Assembly: GCA_030141605.1 (NCBI GenBank)
Contig: JAQGDQ010000260.1
Coordinates: forward strand, 248,001 to 312,000
From: Tubiluchus corallicola
Lineage: Eukaryota; Animalia; Priapulida
Length of the DNA: 64,000 nt
Direction: 5' to 3'
The notes beneath the pieces are model-generated. The model was given only the letters and a program-made list of their open reading frames with translations. It ran no database searches and was not told the DNA's origin. The translations under genes were made by a program, and so were the position numbers. Below, piece by piece: positions 1-12,500 of the stretch. The stretch's first letter is position 1; each line of letters starts with the position of its first letter.

Positions 1-231
1 GTTTGGTTGTTGGTTTGTTTGGATAGTTATTTTATGTCTGTAAGCCTATAGCAGTAAGCCTATTATACAAAATCTACCTAAGAGATTTCCATGAAAATTT
101 ATGGTGAATGCTGGTATAGAGCGCCAAAATGGACGTTTCTGCGCCCGCTTTATTTTTGACATAACGTAACCGAAAACCAGATTTCTGATGGCATTAGTCA
201 TTAGTCAAAGCATTGTAGATAATTAAAAAGC

Positions 232-232
<1 letters not shown>

Positions 233-266
<34 letters not shown>

Positions 267-291
267 TGGAAGGTGAAAGAGACAACAAAAG

Positions 292-324
<33 letters not shown>
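233..324. repeat. (GA)n microsatellites at the LINE 5' junction
   Basis: Direct inspection. Confidence 0.9.
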
Positions 325-326
<2 letters not shown>

Positions 327-339
327 AAGAAAGAAAGAG

Positions 340-1360
340 ATACACTTTCGTTCTGTCGTTCTGCCCTCTTTTGTTTCTTTTCTACGTAAATGATATTACT
401 CATAATATACAAGGTGACATACGTCTTTTTGCTGACGATACTAATGGATACAGTCACAGACCCGGTAGATTCTGCATTGCGTCTAAATTCCGACCTAGAG
501 ACCTTGCAGCAATGGCTGATAGATGGTGTATTACCTTTTATCCACAGAAAAGTGAAGTAATGCATTTCACTCGTAAAATCCAGCAACGTCGTCAAATGCC
601 ACTTTATCTTAATAATATAACTTTAAAACATGTTAATTCTCATAAGCAACCGGGGATATATTTTAGATGTGATGTAAAATGGGAACAACATGTAAACGAG
701 ATCATCGCATCAGTTCAGCCAAAACTAGGAAGCTTGCGAAGTCTAGCCACTATACTGCCGCGTTCAACTTGTGAATTCTTGTTGAAAACTATTATTTTAC
801 CCACTTTGGAATACGCTAATATTGTATGGTCTGGACTCGGTTGTAATGTTGAAACATTGTTTGATAATGTTCAGTTGAGTGTTGTACCGTTGCTATGTCA
901 GGTTCCCATCATTCAAATCTTTTGTTCGAAGCAGGACTGGACCCCCTTTTCTAAGCGCTTCTAATATTTATGTACTTTTTACTACCTTTTAATATTCTGC
1001 CTCCTCGTGTAAGGGCTATTACAATGTATCCAATCCGTCATAATGAAAACTTTGCTAATTACAGCTGCCACTCAACTGAATTTGTTAATTCTTTTTTTCT
1101 TGCTTCAGTTAAGTGATGGAATAATTTACCTCTTGATATCCGTAATTTCAACTCTTTAAACATCTTTAAATCATGACTAAAGAATCACGTGTTTTAATAA
1201 GCGGCCTACTTACTTTTCAAGTGGTACTCGAAATTCATCTGTACACCAGACTAGAAGGAGACTTGTTTTTTTGTCAACCTAATTATGATTTGTACCTTAG
1301 AAAATGTAAGTTTTTCAATAAAATAATAAATAAATAAATAAGCAAACAAATAAATAATTT
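340..1360 (+). mobile_element. 5'-truncated, decayed CR1/L2-clade non-LTR retrotransposon (RT C-terminal part)
   Basis: PLLFLFYVNDI...IRLFADDT (RT core), W.ITFYPQKSEVMHF, ILPTLEYANIVW, later WNNLPLDIRN...FKS with frameshifts and stops; ends in a (TAAA)n-like tail at ~1316-1360. Confidence 0.9.
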
Positions 1361-2072
1361 AATAAAAAAGTAAAAAGTTTATGTAATACTAATTCACCAT
1401 CAAACGTCGAGTAGTTATCACAAACAAAAGCGTTTATTGTCTTTAAGGTCAATTCAGACCGACCGTTTAAGTAGTTTTAACAAATTGTCGAGTAGGCAGT
1501 TTCTAAAATAAAAATATGAGAAGGCAAGGCATCTCTTTATGTCTCGGCTAACGGTTTCGTAACCTGTAGGCCTACGTTTCTACTCGAACAATTCTATTTT
1601 AGGCTTATATTGATAACCAACATTGCTATAGTTAAACACACGAAGTGATATTTGTTATACAGAATAAAAGACTTAATACGCTAAAAATAAATACCGCTAG
1701 TTTTAATTGATATTAATTACTAACAACTAGACTTTTTCTTCATAGGCCCACTTCTTTAAAACAACGGATAAAGTACGCAACCATGAAAGCATCGGTTTAC
1801 AATCATATATACAAGCTTTTAAAATATTAAATATTTTTTTAAAAACAAATCTAGGCACAACTGTCATCCCAGACCTATCATTAATTAATTCACTTCGCAT
1901 GAAATCTAGGTATGTACAACCTACATTTAAAAAGAGCCCGGAAGCACTATTTATGCAATGGAATCCCTGTCTGTAACAGTTGAACACATGCAACTCACGA
2001 TTAAAATATAAAATTAACAGTATATTCACAATCGTCTTGAATCCAGCTAAGTACATTCTACAGCTAACCTCC

Positions 2073-2201
2073 TTGAACAATGAAAACTTCCGCGCTCAAA
2101 ACGCGGACTGATTCCAAACTAAATAGTCCTTATTGCTGGCATATGGATAATTTTGTGTGGAATCAGTCCGCGTTTTGACCGCGGGAGTTTTGATTGTTCA
2201 A
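2073..2201. repeat. 129-bp foldback downstream of the Ig-Kazal gene
   Basis: Left arm TTGAACAATGAAAACTTCCGCGCTCAAAACGCGGACTGATTCCA matches the reverse complement of the right arm at 41/44 positions. Confidence 0.9.
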
Positions 2202-3235
2202 AATGCAGCAGCAACATACGACATATGCGTTGGTTATCCATGGGTTGAGCAAACAAAACAACTAGTAGAAACAATGTAAATTTCGTTAGTAATTATTGCT
2301 TTTACCCTATACAAAATTTCAACGTATCAACTTAGCACTATTGTTTCTATAAAAGGGAAAGCAAAAACCGGAATACACATCACAGTAATTACTAGCGTGT
2401 TAAAATGAGACGATAATCAAAGGTTTCCTTAATACTGACATTAATAATCAAACACTGGAGAAGCCTTTTGTGTTCTTGACTTGAGTCTGGAGCCGAGTCT
2501 AAAACGTAATAAAAAAGCCAAATGACACAAAATCACTTGCCCCATCTAAAGATGGAACTGAAATCCCAAAATGTCGCGACAAACCACTGTCTTTTCTATA
2601 GTGTTTTTACCTGCCAAACACATGAATTTGAAACTGCAATCCTAACTGTGAAAACATCGTAGGCAAACCTTGACTGTCAATAACTAGTCCGAAATGCGAT
2701 GCATTGGGGTTACTCGTCTATTCCGTCTCTTTCTGATTAACTGTCTGGATTAGAAATGCCAGTTATTGTTGTCCCGGGATCTATTCTTTCGTAAATATGT
2801 CGTACAGAATGCGTTGCCGCTGTACAGAACACAGGATCGTTTCTGAAATCGTTTTTTGTTGTTTTTTTGCAGAAAAAGCACGCCGTATACGGCACAAGAA
2901 CAAGAGAGAAAAGGTGGTTAAGCATTCCATGAGTAAAAAGAATTGACTATCTAAAAATAAAAACGCTTTCGTGGAGTTCTCGGATTTGGAGGATTTGGAC
3001 GTATTTCACGACGTTTGTTTTTTAATCATTTCAAATTCAGCAGAATGACAAACCAGATTTTTTTTAAATTGAAGATTCCAATTGCAATAGTATTATAGAT
3101 TTTTTAAGTCAACTTGCTTGACTTGCCTGTAAAAAGGTTTAAATATTAAATTGTAAAAATATGAAGATTTTGCAGGTAGATAAAGCAAACACAGGCCGCA
3201 GTAGGACTTCATACTAAAAAATTCTTTACAAAAAT

Positions 3236-3527
3236 CTACAATTGTGTTATAAACAATCCCAAAAACAATACTAGAACAGACAATATGGCTGACTGTGTTG
3301 AACCACTGTCTGACTGTTTGGAAGACGTTTGAGATTTATCACTCCTCATATCATTGTTGGTGACTTCATTGTTAGAACTTGGTTTGCTGAAGTCTATTGC
3401 TTCATTGTTGACTTTTCCTGGACATTCAGCTGTCTCGACACTAGGCACACTTATTCCCAGATCTGACACAGCTTTCATACGTAGCTTGTAACTTCCGGCA
3501 GCAGGTAGTACAGCAGTGTATCTAAAC
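3236..3527 (-). CDS. Last coding exon: FN3 C-half, Ser-rich stalk, GPI-anchor signal
   Basis: ggcag|..FRYTAVLPAAGSYKLRMKAVSDLGISVPSVETAEC...SKQSDSGSTQSAILSVLVLFLGLFITQL*; small residues followed by a terminal hydrophobic tail and no cytoplasmic domain. Confidence 0.92.
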
Positions 3528-6500
3528 CTGCCAATCAGAATGAAATTTCAGTAAAAAATTATGGAATTACTCAATGTTGACTAAAGTGAAAAAAATTCAC
3601 ATTGAAATCATCACAGAAAGATCATTGCACAAGGTTTTGGATCACGAACCGAATTAATCACTTTTTAATTAAGCACAATGTAAACGCTCATAGTTGACAT
3701 ACGGGTGATTTATTCTACTGTCATCATAATGGAATAATTTCTTTTTATTGTTTTGCTTCACTTCTTTACAAAAAACACGAAAATGATTAATAACAGTTAC
3801 TATCAACTTTATATCTAAAATTGAACCAATAGATAAAGTTTTTAAAAAGGCAAATTAGCTTATAAGTTTTATACCATGTAGTTAGATGTCTTTTAGGGTG
3901 CAATGTATCATTGCTACCGGTGTTTGCAACGTTAGTGCTGCCATCTATTAAAATTATTATTGACCCAACAGAGGTATCGGCCTCTCAAGGACATAAATAA
4001 AGCTTATTAAAAGCATAGGCTTATTAACAAGCTGTTACCAATAAAGCTGTATGGGCTTATTATCAATGAAACGCATGAAAGTAATACCAAATTAGGAAAT
4101 TTAAAAAGCACCTCCACTGATACTCGAACTCAAAACCTACATGCTCTGGCTATGGTATGGTTATGCTTACTCACCATTCAGGGTTAATGTTGTCCTCAAG
4201 AATCTCCCATTCACTGTCTGGCTGTGAGATGTTGAAGACCTCAATCTGGTAGAAGTTGATTGGCACACAATACCCAGTAGCCGGACTCCAGATTATCTCT
4301 GCTACAGTGCCAGCCAGTTTCTCGCCTTTTGGCCCTTTTCGCTTTCCGTAACTGCAAGACTGAAGGTGGAGCTCTTCCGGCGGAGCAGGCGGTCCAAAAA
4401 CTTCCACAGTGGTGTCATTTGTACAGGGTCCACAGTGTTTGAGTTTTACTTTTGATCCCTCACTGGAAGGGTATATACAAGAAATGATAGCGATTTACTA
4501 GCATTTATTAAAGCACTTAACTAGATAGATACACAGATAACATGGAGATCTTAATGTCCAGAACAGATACATTTAATAAAAATTGCACAATAAAGAAAAA
4601 CCGAAAGGCAATCTTTATGCAAAATTCAGGTGAAAATGAAGAAACCACAAACGACCACTAATTATAATTTCTTAGGATTTTATTTGTTAACACATTGATT
4701 GATAACCACAAGCAGTGACATGTGTTCCTGAGATTGTGTAACACTTAACGTCAGAGGCGGCTCGTACCTAAAATGACTGGGGGTGCTGCAAAATTAAATA
4801 TGTTTTAACCATTGTTTTAATACTGTGTAAAACGAAACAAACATAATTATTATGTAATTTAAATGTACTAAGTGTAATTGCAAACACACAGAAATTTATA
4901 CATAAACTTGATAAAATCCTAAGCAAAAGTGTTGCTTTCTTACGAATAGCCTAAATTTGTCGCAGTTCAAGAATATGCCGGTACACGGATTTCAAGCACG
5001 TGACAACTGACAACACAAACTGCGTCAGCCACAGTACTCTTTCTACCTAAGTGTAGCGCCTTATCTGAGACATGTGCGCATGGCCGCATGCGCACACAGC
5101 CAAACACCACATTGCTTGGGCTGCGAAGCAAATTGTGCTTTCCTCACGTGCTCCGGTTCTGCACAAGAATGAAGCAAGAACTAAAAAGACTTATTATATT
5201 GAATATTATCGATAATAATGAGTGAAAACGGGGGGGGGGGTGCTGCAGTATCACAGTACTTACATACGAGCCGCCACTGCTTAATATTCTCAGAAATAAA
5301 ATCGCTTCTGCTCCACTTCATCTGGATAGATATGGCGTGCTTTTTTTTCATTTCTACTATTAATTTAAATGAAAAATGTTTGAGCAAAATGAAAGTAGTA
5401 CTTAGTATTAGCAGCAGCAGAAGTGGACAATTTATTCTGGCAGTTTTCGACATAAAATACTACACATACAGTGTGGCAATCATAGACAATCATAGGATGT
5501 CAAGGTACTACCAAAAAGAATCTGTAAGGTCGCAGTCTTGGCATTCACCGGAAAGTTACATAGAACTGGTAACTAAAACTATTTCTTTAAAGGCTTCTGT
5601 TCTAGAATTTAACTTACGAAGCGGAAGATTGTAGCAGAAGAAATTGCAGAGAAATGTACAAAAGTTTTAACTAACACGTGAGAACCAAAAATAACACAAC
5701 AGGTAAACAATTAATCCAAGTCTATATAACGAAAAATCACAGCAGTAAGCATTATAAGAATTGAATTATTTATTTATTATTTAATTAATTATTTATTTGT
5801 TTACCTAGTTTATTTTGATCAGTTAAATTCTAATATGTTGTTTTGTAGTTTGAGTTTGTGCCTTTGTATAGTAAAAGAGCTCATTTAATTAGATAGACTA
5901 ATCTAGGAGCTTCATCGAAGCATACAATGATAGCCTTAACAATGTCTGGTAAAAATGGTGATGCACACAAATCTGAAGAGGCAAGCAAAAAAAAGTAACT
6001 CACATGCAGTTCTTCATGCTAACGAAGCACTCGTTGATGTAGGACTCGCCGTCTGAACCACATACAGGAATATGCTGATTAGGGCATGGTGCACAATCTA
6101 CATATTAAGAAAGTTATTAATTTTATTTGCTCATTTATTTATTTATTCATTCATCTATTCATTCATTCACTCACTCGTTCATTCATTCATCCATATATTC
6201 ATTTACCCGTTCGTTCATTCTTTCATTCGTTGAATCACTTTCTCTGCAATATTGAGAAGGTTTCAGTGTTAACTTTGGACGTGGTCAAATTAAAAAAAGC
6301 CCAATAAAATTTTTTTCAGTTTTTTCAATTCTCCCTGCAAAGGAAGTGTCGCGAATGGTCTATTATTCTCAGAAAATATACAACAAAGAAGTTCGGAGTG
6401 AAGGTAAGGGGAAGGGGAAAGAATTCAGGAAATGTTGACTTTGCTCGCAGTTAAGGACTGGACGACAGCCAACTATCTGATTTAAAAAAGACATTTTAAA

Positions 6501-9500
6501 AGCCTTTCCAGAGCGTCTTGATCTATTTAGTTCATTTTGCTTTTTTTAAGTAAGTTACTATAAGTAACAGTAAGTAAACAATTTATGTTCATTATTATTA
6601 AATGAAATTTGAGTGGTTTTACGTACTACAATTAATAAATTCAATTAGTTATCGCATCTGTGCTAATAAACTATGTACAGTTTATTATACAGTGATACAG
6701 AGAATATTGCATATTTCCTGAAATTATACTTTCGATAATTGGCAATCTGGCTAATAATATTATATTTTTATCGTTACTTTTAAAAGACTCATACGAGAAA
6801 GAGTTATGATAAAGTACTACATTAGTACGGACAGAAACAAGCACATACGAGAGGGAGTCACTAGAATCATAGGACCGTAGGATCAGATAGTGCCGTGTTA
6901 TTTGCGGCAATTGCAAAACTGTGTCGAGGCACTTATAAACTTGTACCTTCGATACATACAGATGTATATAATATCATAACAAATGGCAGAGAATAACGAT
7001 AATGTGGCTAAAGTAGATTTTGTTCATCTAAACTAGTGTTTCCCAACCTTTTCTAGTACGTGACCCTTTTCAATAGTATCAAACCTACCATGACCTCACC
7101 TTTATAAGCCTTCTGAAAACGTACTAATTTTTAATATCGCAGATACATTATTTTAAAATTTAAAGATAAATCACAGGAGAGAGCAATAATAAAAATGTTT
7201 ATTAATAAATTAAAAAACATGAACAACATTGGATGATGCACATACGATGCACTAGCGGTCCGCGCATGCGTTCGAGCCAGCGCCGAAACTGAAAATTCAG
7301 TCCCGTTCCGGCGAGCTGAATGTGCATACAGTTGGACCCTCCATGACCCCAGAAAAAGGCTCACGACCCATTTGAGTTTCATGACCCGCAGTTTGGGAAA
7401 CACTGATCTAAACTATTCATAATCTAAACTTACCTAAGATGTTCACGTAAGAATTGGCGAAGATGTTGCCGTGGATGTTAGAAGCGTTACACTGGTAAAC
7501 TCCTGTCATCTCTGGAATGGCGTTCTCGAATATCAACCTTTCACCAAACTGGCCTCGAATTAACTGATATGGATCCGTTTCTATGACGACATAAATGAAA
7601 TTACTGGATCTGAACTGAAAGCCTGCAGCCTCAAATTAACTATTGTAATTACGTTGCGCGTTTCGTTTTCACCATGTAATCGAGTTTTCCGAGAACTGGA
7701 CACGGTAAACTCTGAACAGGTTCTAATAACAACTGGCTCGAGGAATGCTAAGTTATTTCCAAACTAGGTAATTTATCAAGAGGGAGGTTACTTACTTTGA
7801 ATAATACGCAATGATTTATAATTGCATACATGTAAATGCTACTCGTCAGCCTTATCAACTTTGTTAGTAAATGTTTCCAATTGCTTTGAATATATTTTCT
7901 CGTTGATTGTTAATAGTAAAAACATTCTCTTCTTTTGCCCGTTGTTTTTCTCCTTGTATTGTTGTAAGTATACTGTAAATATTGATTGATGTATTTTTAG
8001 ACTCCGTATCGCACTTTTTGTATGTACATTGTAATTTATTTATGGCCCTACTTCGTAAAACCTTTTTAGCATGCTTTGCGCTAATTGGATTAGATCGAGA
8101 AAACATGGCCTAGAGGATCTGGAAGATTTCAGCACGCGAAGGGTACCCGTATTGCTGTTTGCCGAGAGGCGATTTTCGACACATTTTGTGATAAGAACTT
8201 AATATAGATATTTAACATTTTTAACACTATTTTATTTGCTGTTTTACTTTTGTAATTAAAGGAACGTTTCTTAAATTGGTATAATTCGAAACATTTAGCT
8301 TTGCACTTACGCTGTCGTAGTATTATAATATGTAATTATTTTGCTGTTGTTGTTTCAGCTTGATCATTGCTGCAATATTCTAAATAAACCACTTTGATTT
8401 AGCAAAAACTTCCATAGTTATTTAATGCCAGTAGATACCTGTTCCCGGAAACATTGGTATGCCATCTTTATACCACAAAACAGACACTGGCGGAACACCA
8501 TACACTGGGCATTCCAGCTCGTGGTATGTGAACATGAGTCCGTCGATGTACGGCCTCCATGGACCCACGAAATAAGGTGCAGCTGAAAATATCAATTTTA
8601 TTCATTGTACAACTTCGTGATGCCATTATTATTGATGAATTTTTATCTCTCTTCTGTTTAATGTGAATTTACCAAATTACCCCCGCCTAATTAGAGGTAA
8701 ATACTGCAATAATGTTACTACATTATTATCCAAAAATAACAATAACAAAATGGTATGTAACTGGGTTACATCTACAATATTATTAGTTTAATGTCCTCAA
8801 ACTTGTTTTGGCTAATTTACTGAATTCACGGATTGGAGGTATCCAATTTTGCCCCAATTTGTCGAATTTGTTCAAATTTCCTTGCTTTCTTTGCGTTTGC
8901 TTTTTTCTTTCCTTTGCGTTTCTTTTTCTCTTCTCTTCTCTTCTCTTCTCTTCTCTTCTCTTCTCTTCTCTTCTCTTCTCTTCTCTTCTCTTCTCTTCTC
9001 TTCTCTTCTCTTCTCTTCTCTTCTCTTCTCTTCTCTTCTCCTCTCTTCTCTTTTCTGCTCTCTTCTCTTCTTCTCTTCTCTTCTATTCTCTTCTCTTCTC
9101 GCCTCTTCTCTTCTCTTCTCTTCTCCTCTCCTTTTCTCTCCTCTCTTCTCTTCTCTCCCCCTCTCCTCTCTTTTCTCTTCTCTTCTCTTCTCTCTCTTCT
9201 CGTCTCTTCTCGTCTCGTCTCGTCTCCTCTCCTCTCCTCTCTTCTCTTCTCTCCTCTCCTCTCCTCTCCCTCTCCTCTCCTCTCCTCTCCTCTCCTCCTC
9301 TCCTCTCCTCTCCTCTCCTCTCCCTCTCTCCCTCTCTCCTCTCCTCTCCTCTCCTCTCTCCTTCCCTCTCCCTCCTCTCCTCTCCCTCCTCCTCTCCTCT
9401 CCTCTCCTCCTCTCCTCTCCTCTCCTCTCTCCTCTCCTCTCCTCTCTCCTTCTCTCCTCTCTTCCCTTCCCTTCTCTTCCCTTCTCTTCCCTTCCATTCC

Positions 9501-12500
9501 CTTCCCCCCTTCCCTCCCTTCCCCTCCCATCCCCTTCCCTCCCCTCCCCTTCAGTTCCCATATATTTTTCTCCCTTTTCTGCCGTTTTTCTTTCTTTCCT
9601 ATGGCTTATATACTCCCCGTCTTATCTTTTTTCTTATTTTTATCAGTCTTTTGAAAAAATAAAGCTAAAGAAAACGAATGCGGCCCAACTTACACTCCAC
9701 AAAAACGTTGAATGTTTGCACAACACTCCCAGCTCCATTTGATCCTCGGCATTCGTAAATACCCTGATCGTAATACGTAGCATTCTCTATTACTAGTTCA
9801 TGCCTGTTGTTCAGTATCATCGCTTTTTTGGGCATCGTTCCATTCACTCTTCTCCAGTTTACTTCAGGCGCTGGTCTGTAAAAATAATTATAGATTCAGG
9901 CACTTTCATGCTTCCATTTTAATATGTCTATGTTGTTAATAACATAAGATAGCAAAACATAACACAGTACAACACGACACCACACAACACGACACCACAC
10001 AACACAACACGACACCACACAACACAAAACAATTCAACACGATGCAACACAATATAACATAAACTTTATTGGCGATTGTCAATTTAAATGTCTGATTAAA
10101 TGGTTTTCGTATTTCATGGCTGTCAAACAACTGCTTTTGATACGCCTAACCCAGTTATTTGAACAAGACTAATAAGAAAAACCAAAGGAAAAAGAGGTTA
10201 CTTCAGAACTGAAAAGCGGTTAATCAGACTGCCTATTTGTAACACATTTGATTCTAATTACTGATACAACTTTGTAATTAATAAAAAAAGCTTAGCGAGT
10301 TTTCTCGACGTATTCAAGAAGAACCTCTCACGTCCACTTACTTTCCTCCAAAGACACACATAAGATGAATGGCTTCCCCAAAGAGGAACATCATTTCCGG
10401 ATCCGGTAAAAATAAAGGCTCTGGAGGCAGCTCAACAATTGGCTTCGAATCTGAAGAAAAGTAAAAAAGTCAAAGTCGCTGCAGGTAATTAACTTTTAAC
10501 AAGATTTTTGTGTGCGCTTATTGGGCCTACAACGATTTGCAAAAAAGACACTTGATAACTGGTGATGGCAGCACTGATGCCATTACAGATACCGAAATAT
10601 TTATATGTTATTCACACTCAACTGTAAAATACATGATGATGATGATGATGATTTTGATGAAGACGATGATGATGATGATGATGATTTTGATGACGACGAC
10701 GACGATGATGATGATGATGAAGATAATGACGATGATGACGATAACGATGATGATGATGATGACGAACTTACGTCCCATTAAATTTTGTTAATTCATATAA
10801 ACACTCAGTTACCCTCCTTGCCCATTTGTAAGCTTCACAAACAATTTTTCAAACGTTGAAAATTTACATCATTGCTCGACGCTCATTTCTAACCGTGATA
10901 AGCAATTTATCAAACTTTAAAAATTTGCAACATTGAGGACCAACTGTCTTGCATGGCGGCAATGAAAAAGTGAATTCTACCAACTTACTTGAATCTAGTT
11001 TGACAGCTTGCACTCCACCCTCGGTGGTGTTCGGCTGAGCAAAAGGACTGAGTGCCAGACAGCCATAAAATCTGTCCGTGTCCTCTCGGCGAACGTCCGT
11101 GAAGTGAAGTTGACCACTGACATCGTGGACAATGTGTTCGTCGAGTTGCACAGCTTGCCAAGCTGAAAATAGATATTTATGACATTCGGTTAGTTAGTAA
11201 TTCTACTAGTATAAAATATTAAGATCATGCCTTGATTACAAGGAACAAAGCGGTAAAGGAAATGTAAAACGTTGAACTAGTACCTCAGAGGTTCTTGGTT
11301 CAAGACTGGGTTTAGCCTGGGGTTTTTTATATTTCTTCTCGACTATTTCTGATTCAAATATTTTGTCAACTATGACTTATTTCACTCTCATTTTTATAAT
11401 CTTTATGTAAAATTGCTTAATTACCTACATACTACTGTAGGTTCAAAAAGTGAACACGAGAATGTTAGAATTGGCGTGCAATGGATAAAATCAGAACCTT
11501 TCTTAGTGACAATAGAATAAGAAATCAGCTTGTCTAATACACTGAACTTATAGCTTGTAGAGGGCCACAATTTACTGCAACACTTGAAAACCTGAACGCA
11601 TTTACTGTGTACGCCACATTTACTGCAACCACACATGAATGCATTTATCGTCTCTTCTCCATTTACTGCAACCACACATGAATGCATTTATCGTCTCTTC
11701 TCCATTTACTGAAACAATAGCTAAATGCATTTGCTGTCTTTGCTGCATTTACTGCAACAATACCTAAATGCATTTACTGCCTTTGCTGCATTTACTGCAA
11801 CAATATCTGAATGCATTTACTGTCTCTGCTGCATTCACTGCAACAATATCGAAATGCATTTACTGTTTCTGCTCATTTATTGCAATAATATCTGAATCAT
11901 TTACTGTCTTTGCTGCATTTACTGCAACAATATCTAAATGCATTTACTGTCTCTCGTGCGTTTACTGTAACAATACCTAAATGCATTTACAGTCTCTCCT
12001 GCGTTTACTGCAACAATACCTAAATGCATTTACTGTCTCTTCTGCATTTACTGCAACCACACGTGAATGCATTTATCGTCTCTGCTGCATTTACTGCAAT
12101 AATATCTGAATGCATTTACTGTCTTTGCTGCATTTACTGCAACAATACCTAAATGCATTTACTGTCTCTCCTGCGTTTACTGCAACAATACCTAAATACA
12201 TTTACTGTCTCTGCTGCATTTATTGCAACAATATCCGTCAGTGCATTCATTGTAACTACGAACCTTCTGGCACTATACCGCTGGGTGATATTGGCTGCGA
12301 TCTCCACACAATCTGGGGTAAAGGATACGACTCGTTAAGTGATGGACAGCGGAGCGTCAAAGGTTGACCCTCCACTACCATATGCTGTTGTATGTTGTTT
12401 CCTTGTTGTGGATACTGCTGTAGTGCTAAAGAAAATTGGAAACAGTTCGTTATTGTAATTTTAATTAAGCTTTTCATTAAACACTGCGATTCTGAACTGG

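Noticed and set aside
8808-9742. Five overlapping 229-297 aa ORFs (SSLLF / EEKRR repeats)
   Set aside because: Translations of a stop-free pentanucleotide microsatellite inside an intron.
11570-12250. Regularly spaced repeats resembling a CRISPR array
   Set aside because: Head-to-tail tandem 43-bp units with no unique spacers, no cas genes, and located in a eukaryotic intron.
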